Notes under the pieces: model-generated
Told to the model about the DNA's origin: nothing
Databases searched by the model: none
What the model saw: only the letters and a program-made list of their open reading frames with translations
Source: a virus
IMG/VR virus record: IMGVR_UViG_3300006111_000001
Strand: one strand, 5' to 3'
Length of the DNA: 59,891 bases
Position numbers and translations under genes: made by a program
In this document: piece after piece, positions 37,033 through 44,896 of the stretch
How the letters are laid out: every line of letters begins with the position of its first letter
How positions within the stretch are numbered: position 1 is the first letter of the stretch

Positions 37033-37907
37033 GCGGCATCCCCAAATAAATTTGATTGCCGATCAACGGAATCCAAATACCGGCACGCCTGGCGCCAATA
37101 AGCCTCTTTCAGTTCCGTGCCAATAAACTTTCGGCCTAGCTTGAGAGACATATACCCCTCAGATCCAATCCCCATAAATGGGCTCAAAACCACATCCCCG
37201 GCATTGCTCCACATAATCAAGGCCCGCTCAATCACATCAAGCTGCAATGGACACAAATGGCGCTCATCATTATGTTCCCGCGCCATGTGGACGTTCAAAA
37301 CATTGGATTGGTTGACAGTCATCCATACCGGGCTGGCCCATTCCTGCCATTGTTCAACGGGGAAATCTTCCGGCGTATGAGTGATAGGATCAGCATTCTC
37401 GCCCGGTTTCACAAACGTCAAAAGGTAATCGGGCATCCCGCCGCGACTTTTGGCGCTGTCTTTTTTTAGCTGCTTATAAAGCAAGCCGACATGCTTTGTA
37501 CGGGTCATTTCCGTGACAGGGCATTTCCAGATCGTGCGCCGTGAATGCAAAATCCATCCTTCCGCCTCATGAGCACGAATAATTTGCCCGCTGAAATCCT
37601 TGATCCCAACCGCGCCATCTTTCCATTTAGTCATCGGGAGATCGGAGCAATGAACGGCAGTCAGCCGCCCAGGTTTGGTTACACGGAATTTTTCGCGCAC
37701 CAAAAATTGATAATGGGCTGCAAATTCTTCATCAGTAGAATTGCCCATATCGGCGGCACTGGTCGAATAAACAAACAGCGATCCGAAAGGCGGCGAATAG
37801 ACCGAAAAATCAATGCTTTCGCTCGGTAACTGGCTTATGACGCTAACGCAGTCTCCGTTGAACGCCGCAAACCGCTCGCCGTGGTATTCGTTGTCGCAGT
37901 CAACCAT
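37029..37907 (-). CDS. DNA methyltransferase, N4/N6 class (beta permutation; SPPF motif)
   Basis: 292 aa; catalytic motif IV as …DFSVYSPPFG… precedes an AdoMet motif I-like …DVVLSPFMGIGSEG…; SPPF/SPPY is commonest in N4-cytosine enzymes but does not fix specificity. Confidence 0.7.
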   Translation of the reverse strand: MVDCDNEYHGERFAAFNGDCVSVISQLPSESIDFSVYSPPFGSLFVYSTSAADMGNSTDEEFAAHYQFLVREKFRVTKPGRLTAVHCSDLPMTKWKDGAVGIKDFSGQIIRAHEAEGWILHSRRTIWKCPVTEMTRTKHVGLLYKQLKKDSAKSRGGMPDYLLTFVKPGENADPITHTPEDFPVEQWQEWASPVWMTVNQSNVLNVHMAREHNDERHLCPLQLDVIERALIMWSNAGDVVLSPFMGIGSEGYMSLKLGRKFIGTELKEAYWRQACRYLDSVDRQSNLFGDAA

Positions 37908-39313
37908 GATGGTAGTCTCCCTTTGTGTTTAGGTTCGTAAGCAATCTTTGTTTGTTGAGTAGTGGTAGCAGACCGAAGCATGGCGGCGCGCATGGCGGAT
38001 TTCATCTTGCTGTGATCCATCGCCTTGCGGTCAATCACGCGTCCGATCTCGGATTCACCCTCTGCAACGATCAAGTGAACATTGACAGGTTTAGTCTGTC
38101 CAAACCGCCAGCAACGGCGGACGGCCTGATACCATGTCTCATAGGAATAGCCGCGACCGACAAACGCCATATCAGCGCAATGCGACCAATCTAAGCCATA
38201 TCCAAGCATCGACGGCTTGCCGATCAGCACCTTGATATCGCCCGAAGCAAAAGCCTCTAGTCGGCTTTCCTTTTCATCAATGGATTGTGCCCCCCGAACC
38301 TCAACCGCAAAAGGCAAAGCCTTTTTAACGCTGTCGGCTTCATAATCGGTATCAACCCAAATGATCCACGGTTTATCTTGAGTGACGAAGCCGCCCAAAA
38401 CATCCGTTCTAGCGGCAGCGGTTTGACGTTTCACGTCATGCAGATTGGTCGCTGATAGGGCCAGATGGGCAAATAGATCATTGCCATCGGTTTTAATTTC
38501 GGTTTGGGCCGCCTGATGCCGGATAATTTCCATCGGCGGCAGATCAAACCGCGAGTCAGTTTCCATGTCCCCCAGATCAGCCGGACGTTCAGCCATCCGG
38601 CACCAAGATGCCATCCAATCCCAAAATGAAATCTCAGCATGACCCTTAAGCCGCCACTCTTGGGAAGCGGTTGAAGTGTCATTGATAAAGAACCGGGATA
38701 GCATTTCATTTGCGGCCATGATTTCAAGAAATTCAGCATAATTGCCAATTTCCATGTGATCATTCGGGGCCGGTGTCGCGGTCGCTGTCAGCTTAAACCG
38801 ATGACCCTTGAACGCATCAATCAACGCCCGCGTGGTTTTATTTGTAAATGATTTAAGAATTGACGCCTCATCAAGTGACACGGCACCAAAAGCATCAGGA
38901 TCAATCTTATCCAAGCGGTCATAATTGCAAATGTTAATTCCTGGTCCAACATCTGACATTTCGCGGATTACGCGGGCCTCATAACCATACTTATCCGCCC
39001 GGCGCTTGGTTTGTTGCGCGACAGCTAACGGCGTCAGCAATAAACCGCGCCCGTTAGTCGCCTTCATGGCGTGGTACAAATACTCAAGCTGGATCTCGGT
39101 TTTGCCCATGCCAGTGTCTAAAAACAACCCAGCCGCGCCGACGCGCAAATTATGGTCAACGCATTCGCGCTGAAACGGAAACAAATGATCCGCTAACAAC
39201 GCATCGCCCTTTAAGCCGCGCATAACCGCACGAGGCTGCTTGGACGCAAGAAAAGATTGATAATCACCGTTCATTTGGTGTCCCAGCATAAAATTTTGTG
39301 TCAACCGGCTCAC
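37835..39313 (-). CDS. SNF2-like superfamily-2 helicase/ATPase
   Basis: 492 aa; Walker A (LDTGMGKT), DEAH-like motif II (VSLDEAS), motif III (LTATATP), and C-terminal …QAVRRCWRFGQTKPVNVHLIVAEGESE typical of SNF2 motif VI. Confidence 0.7.
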   Translation of the reverse strand: MSRLTQNFMLGHQMNGDYQSFLASKQPRAVMRGLKGDALLADHLFPFQRECVDHNLRVGAAGLFLDTGMGKTEIQLEYLYHAMKATNGRGLLLTPLAVAQQTKRRADKYGYEARVIREMSDVGPGINICNYDRLDKIDPDAFGAVSLDEASILKSFTNKTTRALIDAFKGHRFKLTATATPAPNDHMEIGNYAEFLEIMAANEMLSRFFINDTSTASQEWRLKGHAEISFWDWMASWCRMAERPADLGDMETDSRFDLPPMEIIRHQAAQTEIKTDGNDLFAHLALSATNLHDVKRQTAAARTDVLGGFVTQDKPWIIWVDTDYEADSVKKALPFAVEVRGAQSIDEKESRLEAFASGDIKVLIGKPSMLGYGLDWSHCADMAFVGRGYSYETWYQAVRRCWRFGQTKPVNVHLIVAEGESEIGRVIDRKAMDHSKMKSAMRAAMLRSATTTQQTKIAYEPKHKGRLPSWLTATTNTTASGLRRSTETALAS

Positions 39314-39466
39314 CCTCGCCTATCCATTCCAGGCACTCGCTCCAATATTCATGGTGCGAAAGCCCATTGTTTCGACCCGTGCGCGCCCATTTGCCGGTGC
39401 CTATGGCCCAATCCACTTGAGACTTGGGAAAGTGGCGAAAATACCGGATTGCGGGCGCCGCACTCA

Positions 39467-40654
39467 TCATGCCGCCGCCCTCACATCCATATATGCACCT
39501 ATGAACTCTGCCGCTGCTTGCGGGACAATCGCGTTACCGAAGCCGCGCAACATACCCACTCGGTTGGGTAGCCCATCAACCAAGAGACAAATTCCGGGTT
39601 TAACTGGCCTGGCTTTTCCGTCGATCCCGACAATCCGTTCTGCATCGGCCCAATAATTGCCGCTTGAACGTTCAACGCTTGGCTGTTGCGTTCGAATTGT
39701 GACGGCCCCGCGTTGTTTTTGGCGTCGTTCGTTGTCGGCGTCGACCAATAAACCATAGACGGAAGCGTCATGCTCCCCGATCCGTATTTCTGGTTCGGTC
39801 CGCCCTTGTCGCCGTCTGTCGCTTTGGGCGTCGACCAAAGCGCCGGCACATGATCCTGCAAATTGACCTGGTGCCCCGATTGTATCCGGGCTGCCGCTTT
39901 GTCCGGGTCCGTATAGTCCCCGCCGCCCTTCTCGCGCACTTGCGGCGTCGCCCAAAGCGCCGTCGTCTGGCGCAACAACAAGCCCCCTTGTAAATTCGGT
40001 TGAAGCTGCGCGCCCGTCCCGTCGTTCGCCCGAGGCGTCGGCCAAAGTGCTTGGATCGTATTCTGTAGCGTCACTGTTGCTTTTGAGCCGTCCGGCCGGA
40101 CCCCTGTCGGCGTCGTACCGGGAGGATTGCTTTGCCCGCCGCTCGGAGTTGTGGGCGTGGGCCACAAAGAACAATCGGTCGCGGCGGTGCGGCGCGCCGA
40201 CGGCACAAGCCGGAATAATCGCCGCCCCAACGGCGTAATCAAGTCCTTCAAGATCATTGGCGACATTGTCGAGCCATGATTGACCAACCGCTGCCGCAAC
40301 CTGTTCGCCAAACAGGTTTGAAGGTCGACACTCGCCGACGAGCCGAAACAATTCCGGCCAGAGGTGACGCTTGTCGTCGACCCCTTGCCGCTTTCCCGCG
40401 ACACTGAAGGGCTGGCATGGTGGCGAGCCGGTCCAGACGGGACGGTCGACCGGCCATCCGGCAAGTCTAAGAGCCTCGGCCCATCCCCCGATTCCGGCGA
40501 AGAAATGGACTTGGTCGAATCCGACAAGGTCGGCGCCGGTGACGTCGCAAATAGATCGAATGTCGACGAATCCATCTGGAATCAATCCTTGTTTGATTAG
40601 CTCGCGCAACCAAGCAGCGGCAAACGGATCGTTTTCGTTGTAATAAGCCGTCAT
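39467..40654 (-). CDS. DNA (cytosine-5) methyltransferase; conserved motifs split between two reading frames
   Basis: 395-aa frame carries motif I (FFAGIGG), motif IV (GSPPCQPFSVAG), motif VI (FGEQV), motif VIII-like (RRDRLFFV) and C-terminal motif X-like (GNAIVPQAAAEFI). The overlapping frame 39499..40575 carries five LW(P/A/S)TP repeats and a motif IX-like LMGYPTEW. Confidence 0.65.
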   Translation of the reverse strand: MTAYYNENDPFAAAWLRELIKQGLIPDGFVDIRSICDVTGADLVGFDQVHFFAGIGGWAEALRLAGWPVDRPVWTGSPPCQPFSVAGKRQGVDDKRHLWPELFRLVGECRPSNLFGEQVAAAVGQSWLDNVANDLEGLDYAVGAAIIPACAVGAPHRRDRLFFVAHAHNSERRAKQSSRYDADRGPAGRLKSNSDATEYDPSTLADASGERRDGRAASTEFTRGLVVAPDDGALGDAASAREGRRGLYGPGQSGSPDTIGAPGQFAGSCAGALVDAQSDRRRQGRTEPEIRIGEHDASVYGLLVDADNERRQKQRGAVTIRTQQPSVERSSGNYWADAERIVGIDGKARPVKPGICLLVDGLPNRVGMLRGFGNAIVPQAAAEFIGAYMDVRAAA

Positions 40655-41082
40655 GCCGCCACCGCATCCAATTCAAATGCTTCGATGGTTACTTTGACCT
40701 TGGGCTTATCCGCCCAATGCCGCCGCACGGTCAGCCAAATGATTTGCTTGTCATCTTGGTACACAACGCCGTTAAGAGCATCGCAAACCGCCTTGGCGAC
40801 ATTATCCAGATCGACCCGATGAATCGGTGCAAACGTCCCTTTTAAAGCCGCATTGCGTTGACGTGCTGGCCAAGATTTAGGAGGCACGACAAACACATTG
40901 ATGGTCGCCGCTATGGCATTGCCAACCGGATCATCTTTGAACACGGCGCGCGCCGCCCATTGAACGGCTTGCTCATATTCAACCGTCTTGGCGGGAGTAT
41001 AAACATGACCCTGTTTGGTCATGCGCGGACGCTGTTTGCCGACCGGCTCCCCGCCAATTTCAAATGTCGCCAAGTGACGCAT
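40651..41082 (-). CDS. rusA: RusA-family Holliday junction resolvase
   Basis: 143 aa; …EIGGEPVGKQRPRMTKQGHVYTP… and overall RusA pattern. Confidence 0.8.
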   Translation of the reverse strand: MRHLATFEIGGEPVGKQRPRMTKQGHVYTPAKTVEYEQAVQWAARAVFKDDPVGNAIAATINVFVVPPKSWPARQRNAALKGTFAPIHRVDLDNVAKAVCDALNGVVYQDDKQIIWLTVRRHWADKPKVKVTIEAFELDAVAA

Positions 41083-41450
41083 CAGGCCGCAACACGCTTT
41101 AATGCGGCTTCACCCAACGGAGTGGTGGCAAGCATGCCCAAAGCGTTCAAATACAATTCCAGCTTTGCTTCTTCTTCATCGCGCTGCGCTTTGTCTTTTT
41201 TGCGAAGCGCAATGACCTTGCGGATGATTTTGGTTTCAAACCCGTGAGCAGCCGCCTCCGCGTACACATCCTTAATGTCCCCAGCCAGCTCTGCCTTCTC
41301 GGTTTCAAGGCGCTCAATCCGCTCCACTATTGACTGCAATTGTCCGTTTGAAATTGTCATTCTCAATCTCCAAAAAGGCCAGGGCCAAAGCCCCGGCAAG
41401 TTGAGGGAGGTACGCCCGTGTGGGCCTGTTGAGCAGGTAAAAACCCGCAA
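41082..41450 (-). CDS. gapR: GapR-like (DUF2312) nucleoid-associated protein
   Basis: 122 aa; …QLQSIVERIERLETEKAELAGDIKDVYAEAAAHGFETKIIRKVIALRKKDKAQRDEEEAKLELYLNALGM closely follows the Caulobacter GapR/DUF2312 sequence. Confidence 0.8.
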   Translation of the reverse strand: MRVFTCSTGPHGRTSLNLPGLWPWPFWRLRMTISNGQLQSIVERIERLETEKAELAGDIKDVYAEAAAHGFETKIIRKVIALRKKDKAQRDEEEAKLELYLNALGMLATTPLGEAALKRVAA

Positions 41451-41460
41451 TTCTTAAAAC

Positions 41461-42063
41461 TCAATCGCCAGTTAAATCGGAAAATACAGGTCCATCACTT
41501 TGTGACCCGTTCGAATGCACCAATGGCCGATCCGATTCAGCGCGGATGCCGTCAAAATCAGCCCGCGCTTGTAAAATGCGATCCGCCAATTGCGCATGTT
41601 CTTTCTGTAAATCATCCAATTCCCCTCGGATTCGTAGCATTGCCGTGTCGCCACAAGCTGGTTCAAACACAAACGCCACAAACCGATACCCAAATAAGCC
41701 GCTTAACCGCGAAATATGCTTTCCGCTTGGGTACTTGCCCTCAAGCCATTCCCGAACGGTGCGCTCATCACTATCAACCGCTCTCGCCACCTCTTTCACG
41801 GTATTGCGCGGATAGGCTTGGCGCAGCCAGAACGCCACGCGCGATCCCATTTCAGGAACGGCATCAACGCACGGCATTTTTTTGGTAACTTTCACTGTGT
41901 ATTTGCTCATCGTTCCCTCGCATTTTAATGATGCAAGGACGGGAGCCAGATTGATGATTGAACGGGAATTGGAGCGTGACGACCTTGGCCGGAATGACAC
42001 GCTCGACAATTGGGTAAAACTTGATATGGCGACAGGACTGGCCTTGATCGTCATTGGCTGCAA
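41461..42063 (-). CDS. Hypothetical early protein (possible regulator)
   Basis: 200-aa track ORF; likely starts at the internal MSKYTVKVTKKMPCVD…; contains a …DERTVREWLEG… HTH-like stretch. Confidence 0.35.
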   Translation of the reverse strand: MQPMTIKASPVAISSFTQLSSVSFRPRSSRSNSRSIINLAPVLASLKCEGTMSKYTVKVTKKMPCVDAVPEMGSRVAFWLRQAYPRNTVKEVARAVDSDERTVREWLEGKYPSGKHISRLSGLFGYRFVAFVFEPACGDTAMLRIRGELDDLQKEHAQLADRILQARADFDGIRAESDRPLVHSNGSQSDGPVFSDLTGD

Positions 42064-42125
42064 ACTTATTAACCGGTCGGATCATCCCCAACCGATTGGC
42101 GAACAAGTTGCGGCCAATGACTGAT

Positions 42126-42374
42126 CTAGCCAGCATTACGCACCTCATCATTTTGAGATTGCGGCAATGGCACCAAAAAAATGTCTGGCCTTAATTCGCA
42201 CCGGGAAATACCGGTTGCCCTTTCAATGGCCAACGCATTTTCGGCTGAAATCTTGGTTGAACGATTAACCCATGCCCAAATGGACGGCTGTTTGACCCCA
42301 ATGGCGCGGGCCAAGGCGTTTTGTCCACCGGCAATCTCTAATGCGCGTTGCAGCGCGGTTATAGGCGTGTTCAT
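42126..42374 (-). CDS. Cro-like HTH regulator
   Basis: Divergent from the CI-like gene. Track ORF begins at TTG 42410; the ATG at 42374 (MNTPITALQRALEIAGGQNALARAIGVKQPSIWAWVNRS…) is the more likely start. Confidence 0.55.
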   Translation of the reverse strand: MNTPITALQRALEIAGGQNALARAIGVKQPSIWAWVNRSTKISAENALAIERATGISRCELRPDIFLVPLPQSQNDEVRNAG

Positions 42375-42457
42375 AGGTTTGTCTATATAGGCAAACCAAA
42401 GCCGCGTCAATAGTGGATGCTATTGGAAAAATGAGTTTTTTTAATTAATGTGCGGAC
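42375..42457. promoter_or_regulatory. Divergent cI/cro-like switch region with operator-like palindromes
   Basis: Near-perfect palindrome GGTTTGtcTATATAggCAAACC (42375..42398) abutting the cro-like ATG; inverted repeat CAATAG-N6-CTATTG (42408..42425); candidate -35/-10 hexamers on both strands. Confidence 0.45.
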
Positions 42458-43120
42458 ATGGAAACTTTAGGTAAACGAGTGCGCGCCCGTCGCGCTGATT
42501 TAAAATTGTCTCAAGCGGAACTTGCCAGCCGCGTGGGCATATCTCAGCCGTCTTTATCAGCCATTGAAAATGACGAGACTCAAGGCACCACCAAAATATT
42601 AAAGCTGGCAGAAGTATTGGAATGTGACCCCAATTGGCTTTTGATGGGCAATAAACTAAAGTTTAGCGTCCCCAACAAACTTACAACTTATAAAAATAAT
42701 CCTGTTGCAAACGAATCAGTTTTTACTACCATCAATATGGGCAAAAGAGACTTACCTATTAGAGGTCTGGCTCAAGGGGGTGATGGGGTGCTAACATTTG
42801 ACCAAGACGCAATAGATTATACTTTTCGTCCATCTAATTTAGTCGGCATAGATGAAGCGTTTGCGCTTTATGTTACCGGCGACTCCATGGGCGAAGTCTT
42901 GATCCCAGGCACTTTGTTATTGGTTCACCCCAAACAAGAACCAAAAATTATGGATTTTGTCGTTATTGAAAAAATTGACCGATCCGTAATCGTTAAACGA
43001 TTGGTTCGCAGATCGGCCAATAGCGTCACCTTGCGCGAATACGACCCGCCCAATGATTTTGTGCTTTCTCGCAGCGAAATTCGAATGATGTTGCGGGTTT
43101 GCGGGACGGCCATGGAATGA
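42458..43120 (+). CDS. CI-like repressor (HTH_XRE plus S24 LexA-like peptidase domain)
   Basis: 220 aa; N-terminal …LKLSQAELASRVGISQPSLSAIENDET… HTH; C-terminal …FALYVTGDSMGEVLIPGTLLLVHP…VIVKRL… with Ser and Lys catalytic-dyad context. Confidence 0.8.
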   Translation: METLGKRVRARRADLKLSQAELASRVGISQPSLSAIENDETQGTTKILKLAEVLECDPNWLLMGNKLKFSVPNKLTTYKNNPVANESVFTTINMGKRDLPIRGLAQGGDGVLTFDQDAIDYTFRPSNLVGIDEAFALYVTGDSMGEVLIPGTLLLVHPKQEPKIMDFVVIEKIDRSVIVKRLVRRSANSVTLREYDPPNDFVLSRSEIRMMLRVCGTAME

Positions 43121-43443
43121 AACGGCTTGCCGCACTCTTTATACTAGGAGCATGCGCCAGCCCTCAGCTGGCCACACCCCAACAAAAAAACGAGGCAATC
43201 AAAACCTGGTTTGATTGCATGACTATAAAAGCCGTGCAATTCGACGACCACCAATCCGATGCCGGATCAATCGCTTTGGGCATTATGGGGCTTTGCCACA
43301 CGGATTTTATGGAAAGCGTGCGTTTACAATTAACCGGCACATCCCCAGCCCTTCAAACCAATCTTAAGGCCAAGCTTTTAAACGATGAACTGCCAATGGC
43401 AACCAGCGTCGTTTTAACGGTGCGATCCCCTCAAAAACGCTAA
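43117..43443 (+). CDS. Lipoprotein (possible superinfection-exclusion protein)
   Basis: MKRLAALFILGACASPQ lipobox-like signal (…LGAC); immediately downstream of the CI-like gene with ATGA overlap. The track ORF starts 18 nt upstream at 43099. Confidence 0.5.
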   Translation: MKRLAALFILGACASPQLATPQQKNEAIKTWFDCMTIKAVQFDDHQSDAGSIALGIMGLCHTDFMESVRLQLTGTSPALQTNLKAKLLNDELPMATSVVLTVRSPQKR

Positions 43444-43522
43444 TTTGACGCCGGGCAAATTTTTGCAAATTTTCTCCATGCCCAAAATTATCGGTATTTC
43501 TATATTGCAATAAATTTGCCTA

Positions 43523-43551
43523 TTGACCGTAAATATAGTTTGTCCTATAAA
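43523..43551 (+). promoter_or_regulatory. Candidate sigma70-type promoter of the rightward early operon
   Basis: TTGACC (43523..43528), 17-nt spacer, TATAAA (43546..43551); preceded by palindromic GCAAA..TTTGC sites and followed by paired GC-rich hairpins. Confidence 0.4.
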
Positions 43552-43650
43552 TATTTCCGTCACCGGATGCACCCCCGGTGAAGCAGCGGCCCCGGTACAA
43601 ACCCTCCTGCATCGAGCCGGGGCCGCTGACCACCACAAGGGAGATTTGAT

Positions 43651-43848
43651 ATGGCCCGCCTAACGTCAGAAATTGAGGTTAAATCTTGGGAAGTGTTCCA
43701 AACTAACTCCACCATTATGCTTACTGGTTACGACAACGCGGGCAGCGATGTTGTTACCGTCTACGCCACTGACAAAGAATTGGTTGCCTTGCGCGATGTG
43801 TTAATCGCTCGCTATCCGGTAATCACCGAAATTCGGGTTGCCGCATAA
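43651..43848 (+). CDS. Hypothetical protein
   Basis: 65 aa; strong RBS (AAGGGAG) upstream. Confidence 0.4.
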   Translation: MARLTSEIEVKSWEVFQTNSTIMLTGYDNAGSDVVTVYATDKELVALRDVLIARYPVITEIRVAA

Positions 43849-44174
43849 TGCGCTACGAAACCCTATTCACGCTTAAAAGCGATGACATTGAAATCGAATA
43901 CGAAATCAATGTTGATTACGAGCATAATGAAGCATACGGCGGCGGTTGGTCAGAACCCCGCGTGCCGGAGCATTGCGACATTATCAGAGTTACCGGCAGA
44001 GCATATCTGCAAGGCGGCAGAAACCCGATCATGGGCCAACCGTTTGATTTTATGCCCCTACTGTCAGCAAGCGCACTTCAAAGCCTAGCGGACGCTTGTT
44101 TAAACGATCACAACGGCATGATTGCGGACGCCATGGAAATGCGCGCTCTGGAACGCCGTGATGCAGCGGAGTAA
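43848..44174 (+). CDS. Hypothetical protein
   Basis: 108 aa; ATG overlaps upstream stop. Confidence 0.4.
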   Translation: MRYETLFTLKSDDIEIEYEINVDYEHNEAYGGGWSEPRVPEHCDIIRVTGRAYLQGGRNPIMGQPFDFMPLLSASALQSLADACLNDHNGMIADAMEMRALERRDAAE

Positions 44175-44179
44175 TTACT

Positions 44180-44740
44180 ATGCTATTCACAATCCCTTTC
44201 CGTTCATGGACTGGCAAAGCCGCATTTGAGGTCGAGATCGCCGACGATGTTGAACCGCGCTTTCAAATGCGCGCTGCCTTGTCGGTTGTGATCGGCAAAG
44301 CCAAAGAAAAGGGCGAACGTGCCAATCTCAGCCGTGCCGATCTCAGCGGTGCCGATCTCAGCGGTGCCTATCTCAGCGGTGCCGATCTCAGCGGTGCCTA
44401 TCTCAGCGGTGCCAATCTCAGCGGTGCCGATCTCAGCGGTGCCGATCTCAGCGGTGCCTATCTCAGCGGTGCCGATCTCAGCGGTGCCTATCTCAGCCGT
44501 GCTAAAGGTGCATTTTCGCTTGGAACGCCGGATGGTTGGTCGGCTGTTGCTTGGCTGCGCGACGGTTTCTTATCGATCCGCGTCGGTTGCCGAGATAAGC
44601 GGTTAGATGAAGCCCGCGCATATTGGGCCAATAAAAATGACCGGTGCGAAGTTATGGCGGCGCTGGATTACGCTGAAATAATTGCGCGCCTTCGTGGTTG
44701 GGCCATTGAAGCACCGGCTGAACAAGTGGCAGCGGAGTAA
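44180..44740 (+). CDS. Pentapeptide-repeat protein
   Basis: 186 aa; central run of ~12 consecutive pentapeptides A(D/N/Y)LSG ([25 protein letters not shown]…) flanked by unique N- and C-terminal segments. Confidence 0.75.
   Translation: MLFTIPFRSWTGKAAFEVEIADDVEPRFQMRAALSVVIGKAKEKGERANLSRADLSGADLSGAYLSGADLSGAYLSGANLSGADLSGADLSGAYLSGADLSGAYLSRAKGAFSLGTPDGWSAVAWLRDGFLSIRVGCRDKRLDEARAYWANKNDRCEVMAALDYAEIIARLRGWAIEAPAEQVAAE
44327..44503 (+). repeat. Tandem 15-bp repeat (~11.8 copies) encoding the pentapeptide repeats
   Basis: Near-identical units ctcagcggtgccgat / ctcagcggtgcctat / ctcagcggtgccaat in head-to-tail array. Confidence 0.9.
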
Positions 44741-44746
44741 TTTACC

Positions 44747-44896
44747 ATGGAAATCGAACACCTTTGCGAAATATGCGACGAGCGGATTGGAAAACAAGAC
44801 ACCGAGTCAGGCTTTTGGCTTGGCGACCGCGCGCCGTTTATTTGCGACGTGTGCAATATTGATTTGGCCGAACGCCAAATGGCAGGTGAACAATGA
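44747..44896 (+). CDS. Small CxxC…CxxC zinc-ribbon-like protein
   Basis: 49 aa (MEIEHLCEICDERIGKQDTESGFWLGDRAPFICDVCNIDLAERQMAGEQ); stop overlaps next start (ATGA). Not in ORF track. Confidence 0.35.
   Translation: MEIEHLCEICDERIGKQDTESGFWLGDRAPFICDVCNIDLAERQMAGEQ

Noticed and set aside
39499-40575. Treating the WPTP-repeat frame as an independent second gene
   Set aside because: It shares DNA with the methyltransferase and carries a methyltransferase-like motif IX itself, so it is more likely part of the same gene in another frame; kept as a finding rather than a separate feature.
44327-44503. Possible CRISPR array
   Set aside because: Units are 15 bp, directly abutting with no spacers, and in-frame within a protein-coding gene; no cas genes are present.
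44319-44606. Alternate-frame ORF encoding PISAV repeats
   Set aside because: It is the frame-shadow of the 15-bp tandem DNA repeat; the A(D/N)LSG frame gives a recognisable pentapeptide-repeat protein with proper flanking domains.
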